A stretch of DNA of 64,000 nucleotides from a bacterium. GTDB lineage: Bacteria; Omnitrophota; Gorgyraeia; Zapsychrales; Zapsychraceae. This document shows, piece by piece, positions 9,498 to 18,698 of this stretch. Position 1 is the first letter of the stretch. Each line of letters opens with the position of its first letter. The position numbers and the translations under genes were made by a program. The notes beneath the pieces were generated by a model. That model searched no databases. It worked only from the letters and a program-made list of their open reading frames with translations, and was not told where the DNA came from. The stretch is taken from positions 4,372-68,371 of the forward strand of contig JAUIER010000007.1 in NCBI GenBank assembly GCA_030429765.1, given 5' to 3'.

Positions 9498-10877
9498 TTA
9501 CGATTTTCTTAGATGAGAGGGGAGGATGTTGAGTTGTTTGCGGTATTTGCTGATGGTGCGGCGGGCGATCTTCATGCCTTTTTCCTTGAAGTAGGCCTCG
9601 ATCTCGCTGTCGGAGAGCGGATGCGCCTTGTCCTCATCCTCAATCAGGGCCTTGAGATCTTCCTTGACGCTGCGTGATGTCACTGACTCGCCATCGGCAT
9701 TATCATTGACTGCCTGAGAGAAGAAATATTTGATCGGAAAGAATCCCACCGGCGTCTCGATAAACTTGTTACTGATCGCCCGGCAGACCGTGGACTCATT
9801 ACGGTCCACCACCTGGGCGACATCCTTGAGGATCATCGGCTTAAGCGTACTGTGATTGCCCGTCTCCAAAAAATCACGCTGATGCTGGATCAGATACTCG
9901 GCGATATTCTTAAGCGTCTGCTTGCGCTGCTCGATACTCTTCATAAACAACAGTGCGTTTTTAATCTTCTCACGGATGAACTCGGTTTCTTCCTTGGAAC
10001 GGTTGGGCTGTTTTAAGATCTTTTGATACGTCTGACTGACCCGGAGGCAGGGGATGTTCTCGTTATTGATACTGACCTTGAGTTGATCGTTCTCGTCTTT
10101 GATAATGGTAATATCCGGTTTGACATAGATATTCTGCTCGTCGTTTTTCAGATACTTTCTCGACGGCTTGGGCTCAAGTGTGGCGATCGCCCGCGCGATG
10201 GCTCTCACCTCATCAAGCCCGACTTTAAGCTTACGGGCAATATCCTGATATTTCTTGCGACCCAATTCATCCAGATGATGACGGACAATCTTCTGGGCCA
10301 GTTCACAATGCCCGTTGAAATTTTGTTTGATCTGCGTCAGCAGGCATTCCTGAAGGTTACGTGACGCTATACCCAGAGGTTCAAAAGATTGAATAATCGT
10401 GAGGATCATCTCAACCGGATAGGTATCTTCCAAATCTAACCAACGGGCGATCTCTTCAACCGAAATCTTGAGATAACCATTTTCATCCAGATTGCCGATA
10501 ATCAATTCACCGATCTTGAGTTCCTCCGTATCGGTGATTTCCAGATGCAATTGGTTGAGCAAAAACTCATCCAGCGAGATCGAGCAGGCGATCGGCCGAT
10601 CTTCGACAATCTCATCATCAGGGTTGCTTTGTTGGCCAGCTGGGCTATAATGACGGTCGCCATAGTTCTTTATACTGTACTGAATAATGTCGTCCACGTG
10701 CTTGTTTTGCTGAGCCGTGAGGGCTTCATCAATCTCCAGCAGCGGATTTTCCTGTAGTTCCTGATCGATGGCCGTGTTGAGTTCGGCAATCGGCAGGATC
10801 AACATCTCAATCGACTGCTGCATGGACGGAGCGAGAATGGTCTTCTGAGTCTGGATTTGTGTGACGCGCATGCTCAT
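9498..10877 (-). CDS. rpoN: RNA polymerase sigma-54 factor RpoN
   Basis: Gln/Leu-rich region I (MRVTQIQTQKTILAPSMQQSIEMLILPIAEL), a core-binding region and the C-terminal RpoN box ARRTISKYRKQL. Confidence 0.9.
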   Translation of the reverse strand: MSMRVTQIQTQKTILAPSMQQSIEMLILPIAELNTAIDQELQENPLLEIDEALTAQQNKHVDDIIQYSIKNYGDRHYSPAGQQSNPDDEIVEDRPIACSISLDEFLLNQLHLEITDTEELKIGELIIGNLDENGYLKISVEEIARWLDLEDTYPVEMILTIIQSFEPLGIASRNLQECLLTQIKQNFNGHCELAQKIVRHHLDELGRKKYQDIARKLKVGLDEVRAIARAIATLEPKPSRKYLKNDEQNIYVKPDITIIKDENDQLKVSINNENIPCLRVSQTYQKILKQPNRSKEETEFIREKIKNALLFMKSIEQRKQTLKNIAEYLIQHQRDFLETGNHSTLKPMILKDVAQVVDRNESTVCRAISNKFIETPVGFFPIKYFFSQAVNDNADGESVTSRSVKEDLKALIEDEDKAHPLSDSEIEAYFKEKGMKIARRTISKYRKQLNILPSHLRKS

Positions 10878-11187
10878 AGCAAAAAGTATACCATAATATA
10901 TATAATAGGCAAATTCTTTATATATAGACAAATCAATAGGTTAGAGCGATTTTTTACCCTTCAAAATTGAATGGTGATTAAAATAGACATCCGTGTAACT
11001 TATTGATATACTGTATGTTTCCGGGATTGTCCGGGTATGTCCGGGACAGTAATGTTTATTCTTTTAAACATCCGCATCAACAGGCCAAGTCTGAATAACG
11101 ATACCCATCGTACGGCACTGTCCATAAGCATATAATTTTCAGCATGTTACAATCTAGGCCGAAAAAACAAACGCAAATTATTCCAAC

Positions 11188-11202
11188 TGGCACGTTAATT
11201 GC
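11188..11202 (+). promoter_or_regulatory. Sigma-54 promoter (-24/-12): TGGCACgttaaTTGCT
   Basis: Exact match to TGGCAC-N5-TTGCW, about 100 nt upstream of the HTH gene (11302) and the wza/EPS operon. The cluster also encodes a sigma-54-dependent activator (PrsR) and rpoN. Confidence 0.6.
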
Positions 11203-11301
11203 TCCCTTCTGTGGTAGAGATTGCGAAAAACGCAATTTTGACCTATAACGTAGCGGAAACATGAAGAAAACGAAGCATCTTTCAGAAAGGGAGGCATCAC
11301 A

Positions 11302-11487
11302 GTGAACAAACGAATGACGATTACAGAGGTGGCAGACATTGTCGGTATCTCGCCCAAGACCATCGTCAGATGGGAAAAGGTCGGAAAAGTCGGCAAGGCC
11401 AAACGCGATTGGCGAGGTTGGCGGGTTTATGATCAAGATGATCTAAACAAAATCAAGCAATTCCGGGAAACCATTGTTGAAATATAA
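11302..11487 (+). CDS. Small MerR/excisionase-like HTH DNA-binding protein
   Basis: 61 aa; MTITEVADIVGISPKTIVRWEKVG is a MerR-type helix-turn-helix. GTG start with an RBS-like GGGAGG upstream. Confidence 0.55.
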   Translation: MNKRMTITEVADIVGISPKTIVRWEKVGKVGKAKRDWRGWRVYDQDDLNKIKQFRETIVEI

Positions 11488-11517
11488 TAAACGCAAAATT
11501 TTTTAGGAGCTGTTCCA

Positions 11518-12321
11518 ATGATGACACTTAAAGGACGATATGTTTGCATAACCACACTCACCATTCTGATTGGGCTCGTGGGTTCTGAGATCGCGAACGC
11601 GCAGAACACACTGGGTAAATCCCGTCAGGATGTCAAGAATGACGAGGTTATGGCGCAGCAATTACGATACGAACAACAAAGCAAATATTCTTTTGCCGAG
11701 GCAGGAACGCAGGACGGGGCATTCGTCTCCGTTAACAGCTCTTACACACTCGGGGCCAATGACATTATCGAAGTGACAGTTTTACGTCACCCCGAAGTAA
11801 GCGGTCAGTACATCGTGAACGCTGAGGGAAATATCCAATATGATTTTGTTGGAGACCTCACCGTCGCCGGTATGACCAAAGATGAGGTGACCTCGCTGAT
11901 CACCGAAAAACTTGAGGAATACATCATTTCACCCGAACTGAACGTCAAGATCATCGGCTATAACAGCAAGGTGGTTTATGTGATTGGTGAAGTCGGGGCG
12001 CCGGGCAAGATCTTTATGCAAGGCGATACCATTACGATACGTGAAGCCCTTATCAAAGCCGGCCTGCCGCTCTTAAGCGCCAAGACCGACAAGAGCAAGC
12101 TCATCACGCCATCGGCCAACGGCAAACCCAAACACCGTAAAGTCAACGTGAAGAAATTGCTGTTAGAAGGGGATCTACGCGAGAATCTGGTTATGAAACC
12201 CGGCGATACCCTTTACATACCACCAACAGGAATGACCAAGGTCATGAGAACCATTCAGCCTGTAACGGCACCGATTTCCAATGCCGCCGGAGCAGGTCGA
12301 ACATTGACCACAGGATTTTAA
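11518..12321 (+). CDS. wza: Polysaccharide export outer-membrane protein (Wza-like; EpsE of PEP-CTERM loci)
   Basis: Signal peptide, then a Poly_export motif (...ANDIIEVTVLRHPEVSGQYIVNAEGNIQYDFVGDLTVAGMT..) and an SLBB-like region (VYVIGEVGAPGKIFM.GDTITIREALIKAGL). Confidence 0.85.
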   Translation: MMTLKGRYVCITTLTILIGLVGSEIANAQNTLGKSRQDVKNDEVMAQQLRYEQQSKYSFAEAGTQDGAFVSVNSSYTLGANDIIEVTVLRHPEVSGQYIVNAEGNIQYDFVGDLTVAGMTKDEVTSLITEKLEEYIISPELNVKIIGYNSKVVYVIGEVGAPGKIFMQGDTITIREALIKAGLPLLSAKTDKSKLITPSANGKPKHRKVNVKKLLLEGDLRENLVMKPGDTLYIPPTGMTKVMRTIQPVTAPISNAAGAGRTLTTGF

Positions 12322-12357
12322 GCAACACCAAATATATTCGAGAGAGGAATTGAAAGC

Positions 12358-13656
12358 ATGAGTCAGAGCCGCGAACAAGAACTATCACCCATGAATTATC
12401 TGAAGATTTTCTTCAGACGTAAAGAATACTTTATCATTCCGGTCTTCGTCGGATTGATCCTGGGCATTTGCGCCAGCATCATCCTTCCCAAGAAATTTCA
12501 GTCATCAACAATCCTGTTGATTGAAGACGGAAAAAGTGACAACCCGCTTTTTGAACAATTGGCCGTATCAACCACGGTAACTCAACGATTGACCACCATC
12601 CGTGAATCCATGCTGGGTTGGAACAGCCTTGTCACCCTGGTCAAACGTCTGGAACTCGACAAGGGAGTCAAGACACCTCAGGAATTTGAAAAATTGATCC
12701 TGAAGATCCGCGAGGATATTGTCATCAAGCTTCGGGGACGGAATATCATTGACCTGTCCTACATCGGTGACACCCCCGAGACCACTCAGGCGATTGTCAA
12801 AAACATCACCGAGATCTTTATCGAACGCAACGTGGACATTCAGAACCAGGAAACCGCTGACGCGATCCTCTTCATTGAGGAACAGCTGAAGGTTTATCGC
12901 GGTAAGATCAAATCAGCCGAGATTGTCGAGCTGCAGGATGCCCTGGATGAACTGCTGGTGGATTCAACCGAAAAACACCCGCGCGTCAAGAAGCTGCGCA
13001 ACGAGATCAAAGCCAAGCAGGAAGAACTTGAACGTGAGAACCTGGAGTTCACGGAAAACGCATTACTGGATTCCGGAACGACCAAGCCGATTATCGATGA
13101 AATCCGTCGGGCGCTGGATAACGTGGACGGCGGGGTCAGCCCGGTGGTATCCGGTCAGGCTGGTCAGGGAACAATGGACAAAGACACTTACAAGCTGCTT
13201 CTTATCGACAAGCTGGATAATGTTCTGGCCCGTGACGTAGCGGTTAACAATCAGATCTACAACACATTACTTCAGCGTGCGGAAACAGCCAAGATCACTC
13301 AACGGCTGCAGTCATCCAAAGAAGGGACTCGCTATACGGTCCTGGATCCACCGCGTCTGCCGCTCAAACCGATCAAGCCCAACAAAGTACTTGTGACCAT
13401 GGCCGGTGTTTTTGCCGGGATCATGTTCGGGGCCGTTTTGGTATTCGCGCTGGAATTCTTGGACAAATCATTTATCGACGTGGAAGAAGCCAACCGGTTC
13501 TTCGGAACACCGCTTCTCGGCGCGATTTCCAGAATCAATACAGAAACAAGTTTACGAAAACAACGGGAGAGGCTCAGCTGGCTGTACAGTCTGGTGCTCT
13601 TAGGCGGAATTATTGCGATTGTTGTGACAACGGCGTTATCGACCGTTATCAGTTAG
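12358..13656 (+). CDS. Polysaccharide chain-length determinant (Wzz/GumC family; EpsF-like PCP)
   Basis: N-terminal and C-terminal TM helices bracket a periplasmic coiled-coil region. The conserved Pro/Gly-rich segment (TVLDPPRLPLKPIKPNK) sits before the second TM, as in PCP proteins. Confidence 0.8.
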   Translation: MSQSREQELSPMNYLKIFFRRKEYFIIPVFVGLILGICASIILPKKFQSSTILLIEDGKSDNPLFEQLAVSTTVTQRLTTIRESMLGWNSLVTLVKRLELDKGVKTPQEFEKLILKIREDIVIKLRGRNIIDLSYIGDTPETTQAIVKNITEIFIERNVDIQNQETADAILFIEEQLKVYRGKIKSAEIVELQDALDELLVDSTEKHPRVKKLRNEIKAKQEELERENLEFTENALLDSGTTKPIIDEIRRALDNVDGGVSPVVSGQAGQGTMDKDTYKLLLIDKLDNVLARDVAVNNQIYNTLLQRAETAKITQRLQSSKEGTRYTVLDPPRLPLKPIKPNKVLVTMAGVFAGIMFGAVLVFALEFLDKSFIDVEEANRFFGTPLLGAISRINTETSLRKQRERLSWLYSLVLLGGIIAIVVTTALSTVIS

Positions 13657-13670
13657 GATGAGGACGAACT

Positions 13671-14537
13671 ATGTACTATGACTACTACGGGTTTACAGAG
13701 GCACCGTTTAACCTGACACCGAATTCCAAGTTTTTCTTTCAAAGCGACAAGCATACCGAAGCGCTGAGCACACTGCTGTACGCGATCAATGAGCGCAAGG
13801 GTTTTGTGGTTGTCAGCGGAAATATCGGATCGGGAAAGACAACTGTTTGCCGAACACTGCTCAATCAATTGGATCCGAGCACGCAGACGGCCTTGATCAC
13901 CAACACCCACATCAGCGGCAAGGACCTGTTGACAAGCATTCTGGAAGAACTGGAGGTGGATTTCGAACCGGGATCCAAGGCCAGGCTCTTGTCACAGCTC
14001 AACGACTATTTGATCGCCCAGTTGCGTCAAAACAACAATGTCGTATTGATCATCGACGAGGCCCAGAACCTGAAACCGGCGGTTCTTGAAGAGGTTCGCA
14101 TGCTATCGAATCTCGAAACCGAGAATGAAAAGCTGATCCAGATCCTCTTCCTCGGTCAACCCGAACTCAAGAAGAAACTGGCCCTGCCGAGCCTGGAGCA
14201 GTTACGTCAACGCATCGCGGTGTACTACCATCTCACACCGCTCAGCAAGGAAGACACGATCTCCTATATCCTGCACCGATTGCATGTGGCGAGCGGCAGT
14301 CATAAGAAGTTTTTTACAGAAGAAGCACTGGACTTGATCTACCGATTTTCCAAGGGCGTACCGCGCCTGGTCAATCAGATCTGCGACAGCGCGTTGCTGA
14401 CAGGGTACACGAAGGATATCAAATTAATCGACGATAAAATTCTCGAGGAAGTCATTCGGGAATCACCGATGTTTGTCATCGGGGAAGATGAAACCAAGGA
14501 CAACAGCACGTCCTATCCATTTATACAGAGGAACTAA
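13671..14537 (+). CDS. ExeA/GspA-like AAA ATPase (PEP-CTERM locus 'secretion ATPase' type)
   Basis: Walker A GNIGSGKTT and Walker B VVLIIDEAQNL; overall an ExeA-like architecture. Confidence 0.8.
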   Translation: MYYDYYGFTEAPFNLTPNSKFFFQSDKHTEALSTLLYAINERKGFVVVSGNIGSGKTTVCRTLLNQLDPSTQTALITNTHISGKDLLTSILEELEVDFEPGSKARLLSQLNDYLIAQLRQNNNVVLIIDEAQNLKPAVLEEVRMLSNLETENEKLIQILFLGQPELKKKLALPSLEQLRQRIAVYYHLTPLSKEDTISYILHRLHVASGSHKKFFTEEALDLIYRFSKGVPRLVNQICDSALLTGYTKDIKLIDDKILEEVIRESPMFVIGEDETKDNSTSYPFIQRN

Positions 14538-14539
14538 AG

Positions 14540-14956
14540 ATGTTTTCAATCAACGACAGAATGCGCGGACGCTGGAACGATGACGATCGATTGCGATCGG
14601 AAACGCTCCAGATCTGGAAAGACTCGGTGGATCTGTTTAATCAGATGGAGAAGACCATCCAGTATTTTCCCGCCAAGGTGTATCTGAATCTGGACACCAG
14701 CATTCTGGAGTCATCACGGCATTGTATGGACCAGATCGCGCATGCCGCGTATTCCAACAGCCGACGGGATTATCAGTCCCAGCTCAAAGCAGCGTTGGAG
14801 CACGCGCACCGGGCAGTGGCCCAGTTGTACATCGCGACGCAATGCGGATACGTGAACCGGTCCTATTTTGAGCAGACATTTGAACAGGCGAGGGAGTTGA
14901 GCAGCAAACTTTGTCTTTTTGGGGGATTTACATACACTGAACACGGTGTAAATTAA
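14540..14956 (+). CDS. Four-helix-bundle protein (23S rRNA intervening-sequence-like family)
   Basis: 138 aa all-helical; QIAHAAYSNSRRDYQSQLKAALEHAHRAVAQLYIATQCGYV resembles the conserved core of TIGR02436-type four-helix-bundle proteins. Confidence 0.5.
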   Translation: MFSINDRMRGRWNDDDRLRSETLQIWKDSVDLFNQMEKTIQYFPAKVYLNLDTSILESSRHCMDQIAHAAYSNSRRDYQSQLKAALEHAHRAVAQLYIATQCGYVNRSYFEQTFEQARELSSKLCLFGGFTYTEHGVN

Positions 14957-14980
14957 ATACGACAAAGGCGGATAGAAATC

Positions 14981-15523
14981 ATGAGTAGAATACTAAAAGG
15001 ATTAAAACGAGCACGATGCGAGCGAGGATCAGTCACAAACACCCGGATTTTCAATAAATCGGCGGTCTTAAACCCCATCAGCAGCATACTGGAGAATATG
15101 CGCGCTGATGAGGCCTTAAGCCGGGCATTTGCCCTGGGTGTGGTACTTTTCACGTTGGCCACGATGGCCTTGATTAGTGCCAGCTCACAAGTTACACTTA
15201 ACCGAACACGGCAGGACCTTCAGGCACTTTCGCTGCAGGTCACCCGGCACGCCGAGCAGATCGGAAAGGCCGGAAATGCCTCTCTGACAGGCGTTTCAGC
15301 GCAGCAAATCCAGCAGCTGGAGCAGCGCTTCGCGTCCCTGGAACAGGAAGTCGAACAGGGATTGTCGGACAGTTCAGACGCGGTGATCGCGGCCAATATG
15401 CTGCGGTTGGATGTGGAAGATCTCAAGATGTCAGAACACATTTACCTGGATCGATACATTGCGATGCATAACGAGATAGGCGAGCTAAAGAAAAAAATTC
15501 AAACAGAGGGAAGGAATCTATAA
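14981..15523 (+). CDS. Hypothetical single-pass membrane coiled-coil protein
   Basis: One TM helix (ALGVVLFTLATMALISA) followed by a Gln/Glu/Leu-rich helical region. Translationally coupled to the downstream BY-kinase gene (stop immediately before the ATG). Confidence 0.5.
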   Translation: MSRILKGLKRARCERGSVTNTRIFNKSAVLNPISSILENMRADEALSRAFALGVVLFTLATMALISASSQVTLNRTRQDLQALSLQVTRHAEQIGKAGNASLTGVSAQQIQQLEQRFASLEQEVEQGLSDSSDAVIAANMLRLDVEDLKMSEHIYLDRYIAMHNEIGELKKKIQTEGRNL

Positions 15524-16309
15524 ATGGGTAAAATCACGAACGCACTCAAAAAAGCAGCCGATGAGCGTATGACGCGCATCGAAAAAGTCTCAAAAATCAA
15601 GGAGCGCGACCAGCTGGTTGTCAAGAAGATCGGCGAATCCAAGATGGATCCCAGTGTGATCACCTATTTTGATCCCAAGGCCTTGATCAGTGAGCAATAT
15701 AAAATTCTGCGGACCAACATCCTGTCGATGAACAAAGGCAAACCGCCGAAGACATTCGTTGTCACCAGCTCTATCCATTCGGAAGGAAAGACGATCACGT
15801 CCTTAAACCTGGCTGTATCACTGGCCCAGGCCGTGCATAAACCGCGGGTTCTGCTGGTAGACGCTGACCTGCGCAAAGGTAAACTCTGCCGGTATCTGGG
15901 AACCAAACCTGAAGTAGGCCTTTCGGAAGTATTAAGCGGACAGGCGAATGTCAAAGACGCGCTTTTCAATATCGATATTGATAACCTGGCGTTTATCGAC
16001 TCAGGGGCTGTTCCCGAGTATCCGTCAGAGCTGCTGTCGTCCGACAGCTTCAAGAAGTTTTTGTCAGATATCAAATCTGATTTCGATCATATTATTATTG
16101 ATACACCGCCGATTATCTCGGTTACCGACTCGGGCATCGTCGGAGCACAAGTAGAAGGGGTTATCCTTGTGGTTCAGGCTGGTCGAACACAGCGCGGGAT
16201 TGTGAAACGGGCGGAAGAGTTACTCTTCCAATCGCATTCAAAGATCCTGGGACATGTCCTGACCAACATTGAATATCATTTACCAGAATACATATACCGA
16301 TACCTATAA
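15524..16309 (+). CDS. Tyrosine-protein kinase (BY-kinase ATPase domain; EpsG/CapB-like)
   Basis: Walker A SSIHSEGKTIT, Walker A' VLLVDADLRKG, Walker B HIIIDTPP and a C-terminal Tyr cluster EYHLPEYIYRYL. Confidence 0.85.
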   Translation: MGKITNALKKAADERMTRIEKVSKIKERDQLVVKKIGESKMDPSVITYFDPKALISEQYKILRTNILSMNKGKPPKTFVVTSSIHSEGKTITSLNLAVSLAQAVHKPRVLLVDADLRKGKLCRYLGTKPEVGLSEVLSGQANVKDALFNIDIDNLAFIDSGAVPEYPSELLSSDSFKKFLSDIKSDFDHIIIDTPPIISVTDSGIVGAQVEGVILVVQAGRTQRGIVKRAEELLFQSHSKILGHVLTNIEYHLPEYIYRYL

Positions 16310-16369
16310 TCCAAAATCTCAGATCCTTCATCCGGACGCGCAGCATTCACCCACAAACGTATGAAGTGT
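16303..16369 (+). terminator. Long hairpin (11-bp perfect arms AAAATCTCAGA / TCTGAGATTTT with inner CTTCAT/ATGAAG pairing) between the BY-kinase and the next GT gene
   Basis: Inverted repeat read from the sequence. It overlaps the kinase stop codon and is followed by TTGTTTAAA. It may be a terminator/attenuator or an RNA processing site. Confidence 0.35.
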
Positions 16370-16399
16370 CTGAGATTTTGTTTAAATACCTTAAGTTAG

Positions 16400-17572
16400 A
16401 TGACAACCAAATCGACCAGCAACAAGCCAACGACAGTCCTCTATTACGAACCCAGCTCCGGTTTCGGCGGATCAAGCAGTAATTTGTATCATATCCTCAA
16501 ACGCCTCGACCGCACGCGTTTTAAGCCGCTGGTCGTTACCCACAAAGACGGTGCGCAATTCGAACGCATACAGACCATCGACGGCGTCACCCTGGAAAAG
16601 ATTCCATTTGAAGATTCTGAGAAAATGCACAATGCCGGACGGCTGAAGATGCTCTGGGTCATGGCCACGGTGATTTATCCGTTTGCCCGCAAGCTCGCCC
16701 AATACATCCGCGACCATCAGGTGGATGTCATCCACATCAACACCAATATCATGCTGGGACTGCCGATGATCATCGCCGGGCGCATGACCGGCAAACCAGT
16801 GTTTTGCTACATCCGGGAATCCCGGGCGATCAGCCGCATCGAACGTATGCATGTTAAGGACGTGCAGCGCTTTTTTATCCTTAACCATCAGGCCTTTGAT
16901 ATCTACAAGACAGACATCCCGGAAGACAAACTGGAGATCATCTATGACGGGGTAGATTTATCTGAATTTGAGGACACCGACGGCTCGGCATTCCGTGAGG
17001 AATTTCAGCTGGATGGCCAGAAACTGGTCGGCATGGTCGGACGGATTGTGCAGGGCAAGGGCCACATCGAATTTGTCAAGGCGGCTCAACTCGTGTGCCA
17101 GCAAGTGCCCAATACTAAATTTGTGATCGTCGGCGCCCCCAAAGGTGACGGCGTTGAGTACTTTGAAGAGGTTAAGGCGTATATCAATGCGAATAATCTC
17201 GGCGATCAGATCGTTCTGACCGGCTGGCGGACGGATGCCAAAGAGATCACCAGCGCCCTGGATATTCTGGTGCTGGCCTCGACCACGTTCCCCGAAGGGC
17301 TACCGAATTCGATTATCGAGGCGATGGCCATGCGAAAGCCGGCCATAGCCACCGACATCCCGGGACCGCCGGAGATCATTGATCACGCGGTGACCGGCTA
17401 TATCGTCCCGCCGGGAGATGTGGAAACCATGGCCCATCTGATTCATCATTTGCTGGAACATTCGGATGAGGCTGAAAAAATGGGCTTGGCCGGACGGGAA
17501 CGCGCCGAAAGGCTGTTCGACGTCAACAACGTCGCGCGCCGGTTTGAAGAGTTGTATTTGGCGGCTAAGTAG
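16400..17572 (+). CDS. Glycosyltransferase family 4
   Basis: N-terminal GFGGSSSNLYHIL and C-terminal TTFPEGLPNSIIEAMAMRKPAIATDIPGPPEII...GYIV (EX7E region). Confidence 0.85.
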   Translation: MTTKSTSNKPTTVLYYEPSSGFGGSSSNLYHILKRLDRTRFKPLVVTHKDGAQFERIQTIDGVTLEKIPFEDSEKMHNAGRLKMLWVMATVIYPFARKLAQYIRDHQVDVIHINTNIMLGLPMIIAGRMTGKPVFCYIRESRAISRIERMHVKDVQRFFILNHQAFDIYKTDIPEDKLEIIYDGVDLSEFEDTDGSAFREEFQLDGQKLVGMVGRIVQGKGHIEFVKAAQLVCQQVPNTKFVIVGAPKGDGVEYFEEVKAYINANNLGDQIVLTGWRTDAKEITSALDILVLASTTFPEGLPNSIIEAMAMRKPAIATDIPGPPEIIDHAVTGYIVPPGDVETMAHLIHHLLEHSDEAEKMGLAGRERAERLFDVNNVARRFEELYLAAK

Positions 17573-17585
17573 GATTTGTGCGGAC

Positions 17586-18698
17586 ATGAAAAAAGTCTTG
17601 TTTATCATCTGGTCTTTGGAACGCGGCGGAGCGGAACGATTTTTAGCCGGATTGCTGCACCATTTGGACCGGACAAAATTTCAACCGACACTCTGCTGCC
17701 TAAACTGGAAGGGACAGTGGGGTGAGGACGTGGAGCGGGCCGGCATCCCGGTGATCGCCCTGAATAAAAAAGGCAAAGTCGATCTCAAGGCCTTTCGTCA
17801 ACTCAAGCGAATTTTCCGAGAGGGACAATTTGACATCGTCAATACACATCTGTGGCTGGCGGATACGATGGGCCGATTGGCAGCGATCCAAACGGGGGTT
17901 AAGACCATTGTCAGCACGGCACAAAACGTGGACATCTGGAAAAAGGGTTGGCACAAACAAGTCGACCGCTGGTTTGGCCGACGGACGCAGGCGGTAATTG
18001 CCGTGTCAAAGGCGGTGAAGAAATACTATCACGAAGATGTGGGACTGCCGGAGGACAAGATCCATGTGATCCCCAACGCGATTGATCCCGAAACGTACAA
18101 TCACGTTGAGTCCGTGGAGCATTTATACGAGGAGTTTAACCTGGACAAAGATAATTTCGTCCTGGCCTGTATCGGACGGCTGAATATGCAAAAGGGCCAT
18201 CAATACTTGATTCAGGCCGTCGCCCGGCTTAAGGATTCACACCCGCGACTTCGCATTTTGATCGTGGGCAAGGGAGAAACGCAAGCAGAGATGGAACAAT
18301 TGTCACATACATTAAATATCACCGACCGTCTGCGGTTTGTGGGGCATCGCAGTGACATTGCAGCGATTCTCCAGTTTTCGCACGGCCTGATCCTTCCATC
18401 CATCTTTGAAGGCCTGCCGCTTTGTGTGCTGGAGGCCATGGCGGCCAGCCGTCCTGTCATCGCGACCGATGTAGGCGGTACCGCGGAGTTGGCCATCGAT
18501 CAGGAAACAGCGTTTATTGTCCCGCCACGTGATGTGGATCAGCTGGCCCAAGCCATCGCGAAACTGATGGATCTGCCCGACCACGGACAGGGGATGGGTC
18601 AGCGGGGACGAAAGGTCGTCGAGAGCAACTTTTCCATCCAGGCGATCACACGGCAAACCGAAGAGCTATTTACAACCCTTGTGGAGAATCATCAATGA
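17586..18698 (+). CDS. Glycosyltransferase family 4
   Basis: Start at MKKVLFIIWSLERGGAERF (the track ORF from 17466 is an upstream extension). C-terminal PSIFEGLPLCVLEAMAASRPVIATDVGGTAEL is the GT4 signature. Confidence 0.85.
   Translation: MKKVLFIIWSLERGGAERFLAGLLHHLDRTKFQPTLCCLNWKGQWGEDVERAGIPVIALNKKGKVDLKAFRQLKRIFREGQFDIVNTHLWLADTMGRLAAIQTGVKTIVSTAQNVDIWKKGWHKQVDRWFGRRTQAVIAVSKAVKKYYHEDVGLPEDKIHVIPNAIDPETYNHVESVEHLYEEFNLDKDNFVLACIGRLNMQKGHQYLIQAVARLKDSHPRLRILIVGKGETQAEMEQLSHTLNITDRLRFVGHRSDIAAILQFSHGLILPSIFEGLPLCVLEAMAASRPVIATDVGGTAELAIDQETAFIVPPRDVDQLAQAIAKLMDLPDHGQGMGQRGRKVVESNFSIQAITRQTEELFTTLVENHQ

Noticed and set aside
11021-11048. GTCCGGG triple direct repeat considered as another copy of the REP element
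   Set aside because: It shares only GGGACAG with the REP (GGGGACAGTCCCC/GGGACAGGTC) and lacks the palindromic REP structure. It fits better as an activator-binding site upstream of the sigma-54 promoter (reported as a finding).
17466-17585. Upstream extension of the GT4 ORF at 17586 (track start 17466) and similar extension of the epimerase ORF (41434-41514)
   Set aside because: The extensions overlap the preceding genes out of frame. The conserved N-termini MKKVLFII..GGAE and MKTILLTGSAGFIGS begin at the internal ATGs.
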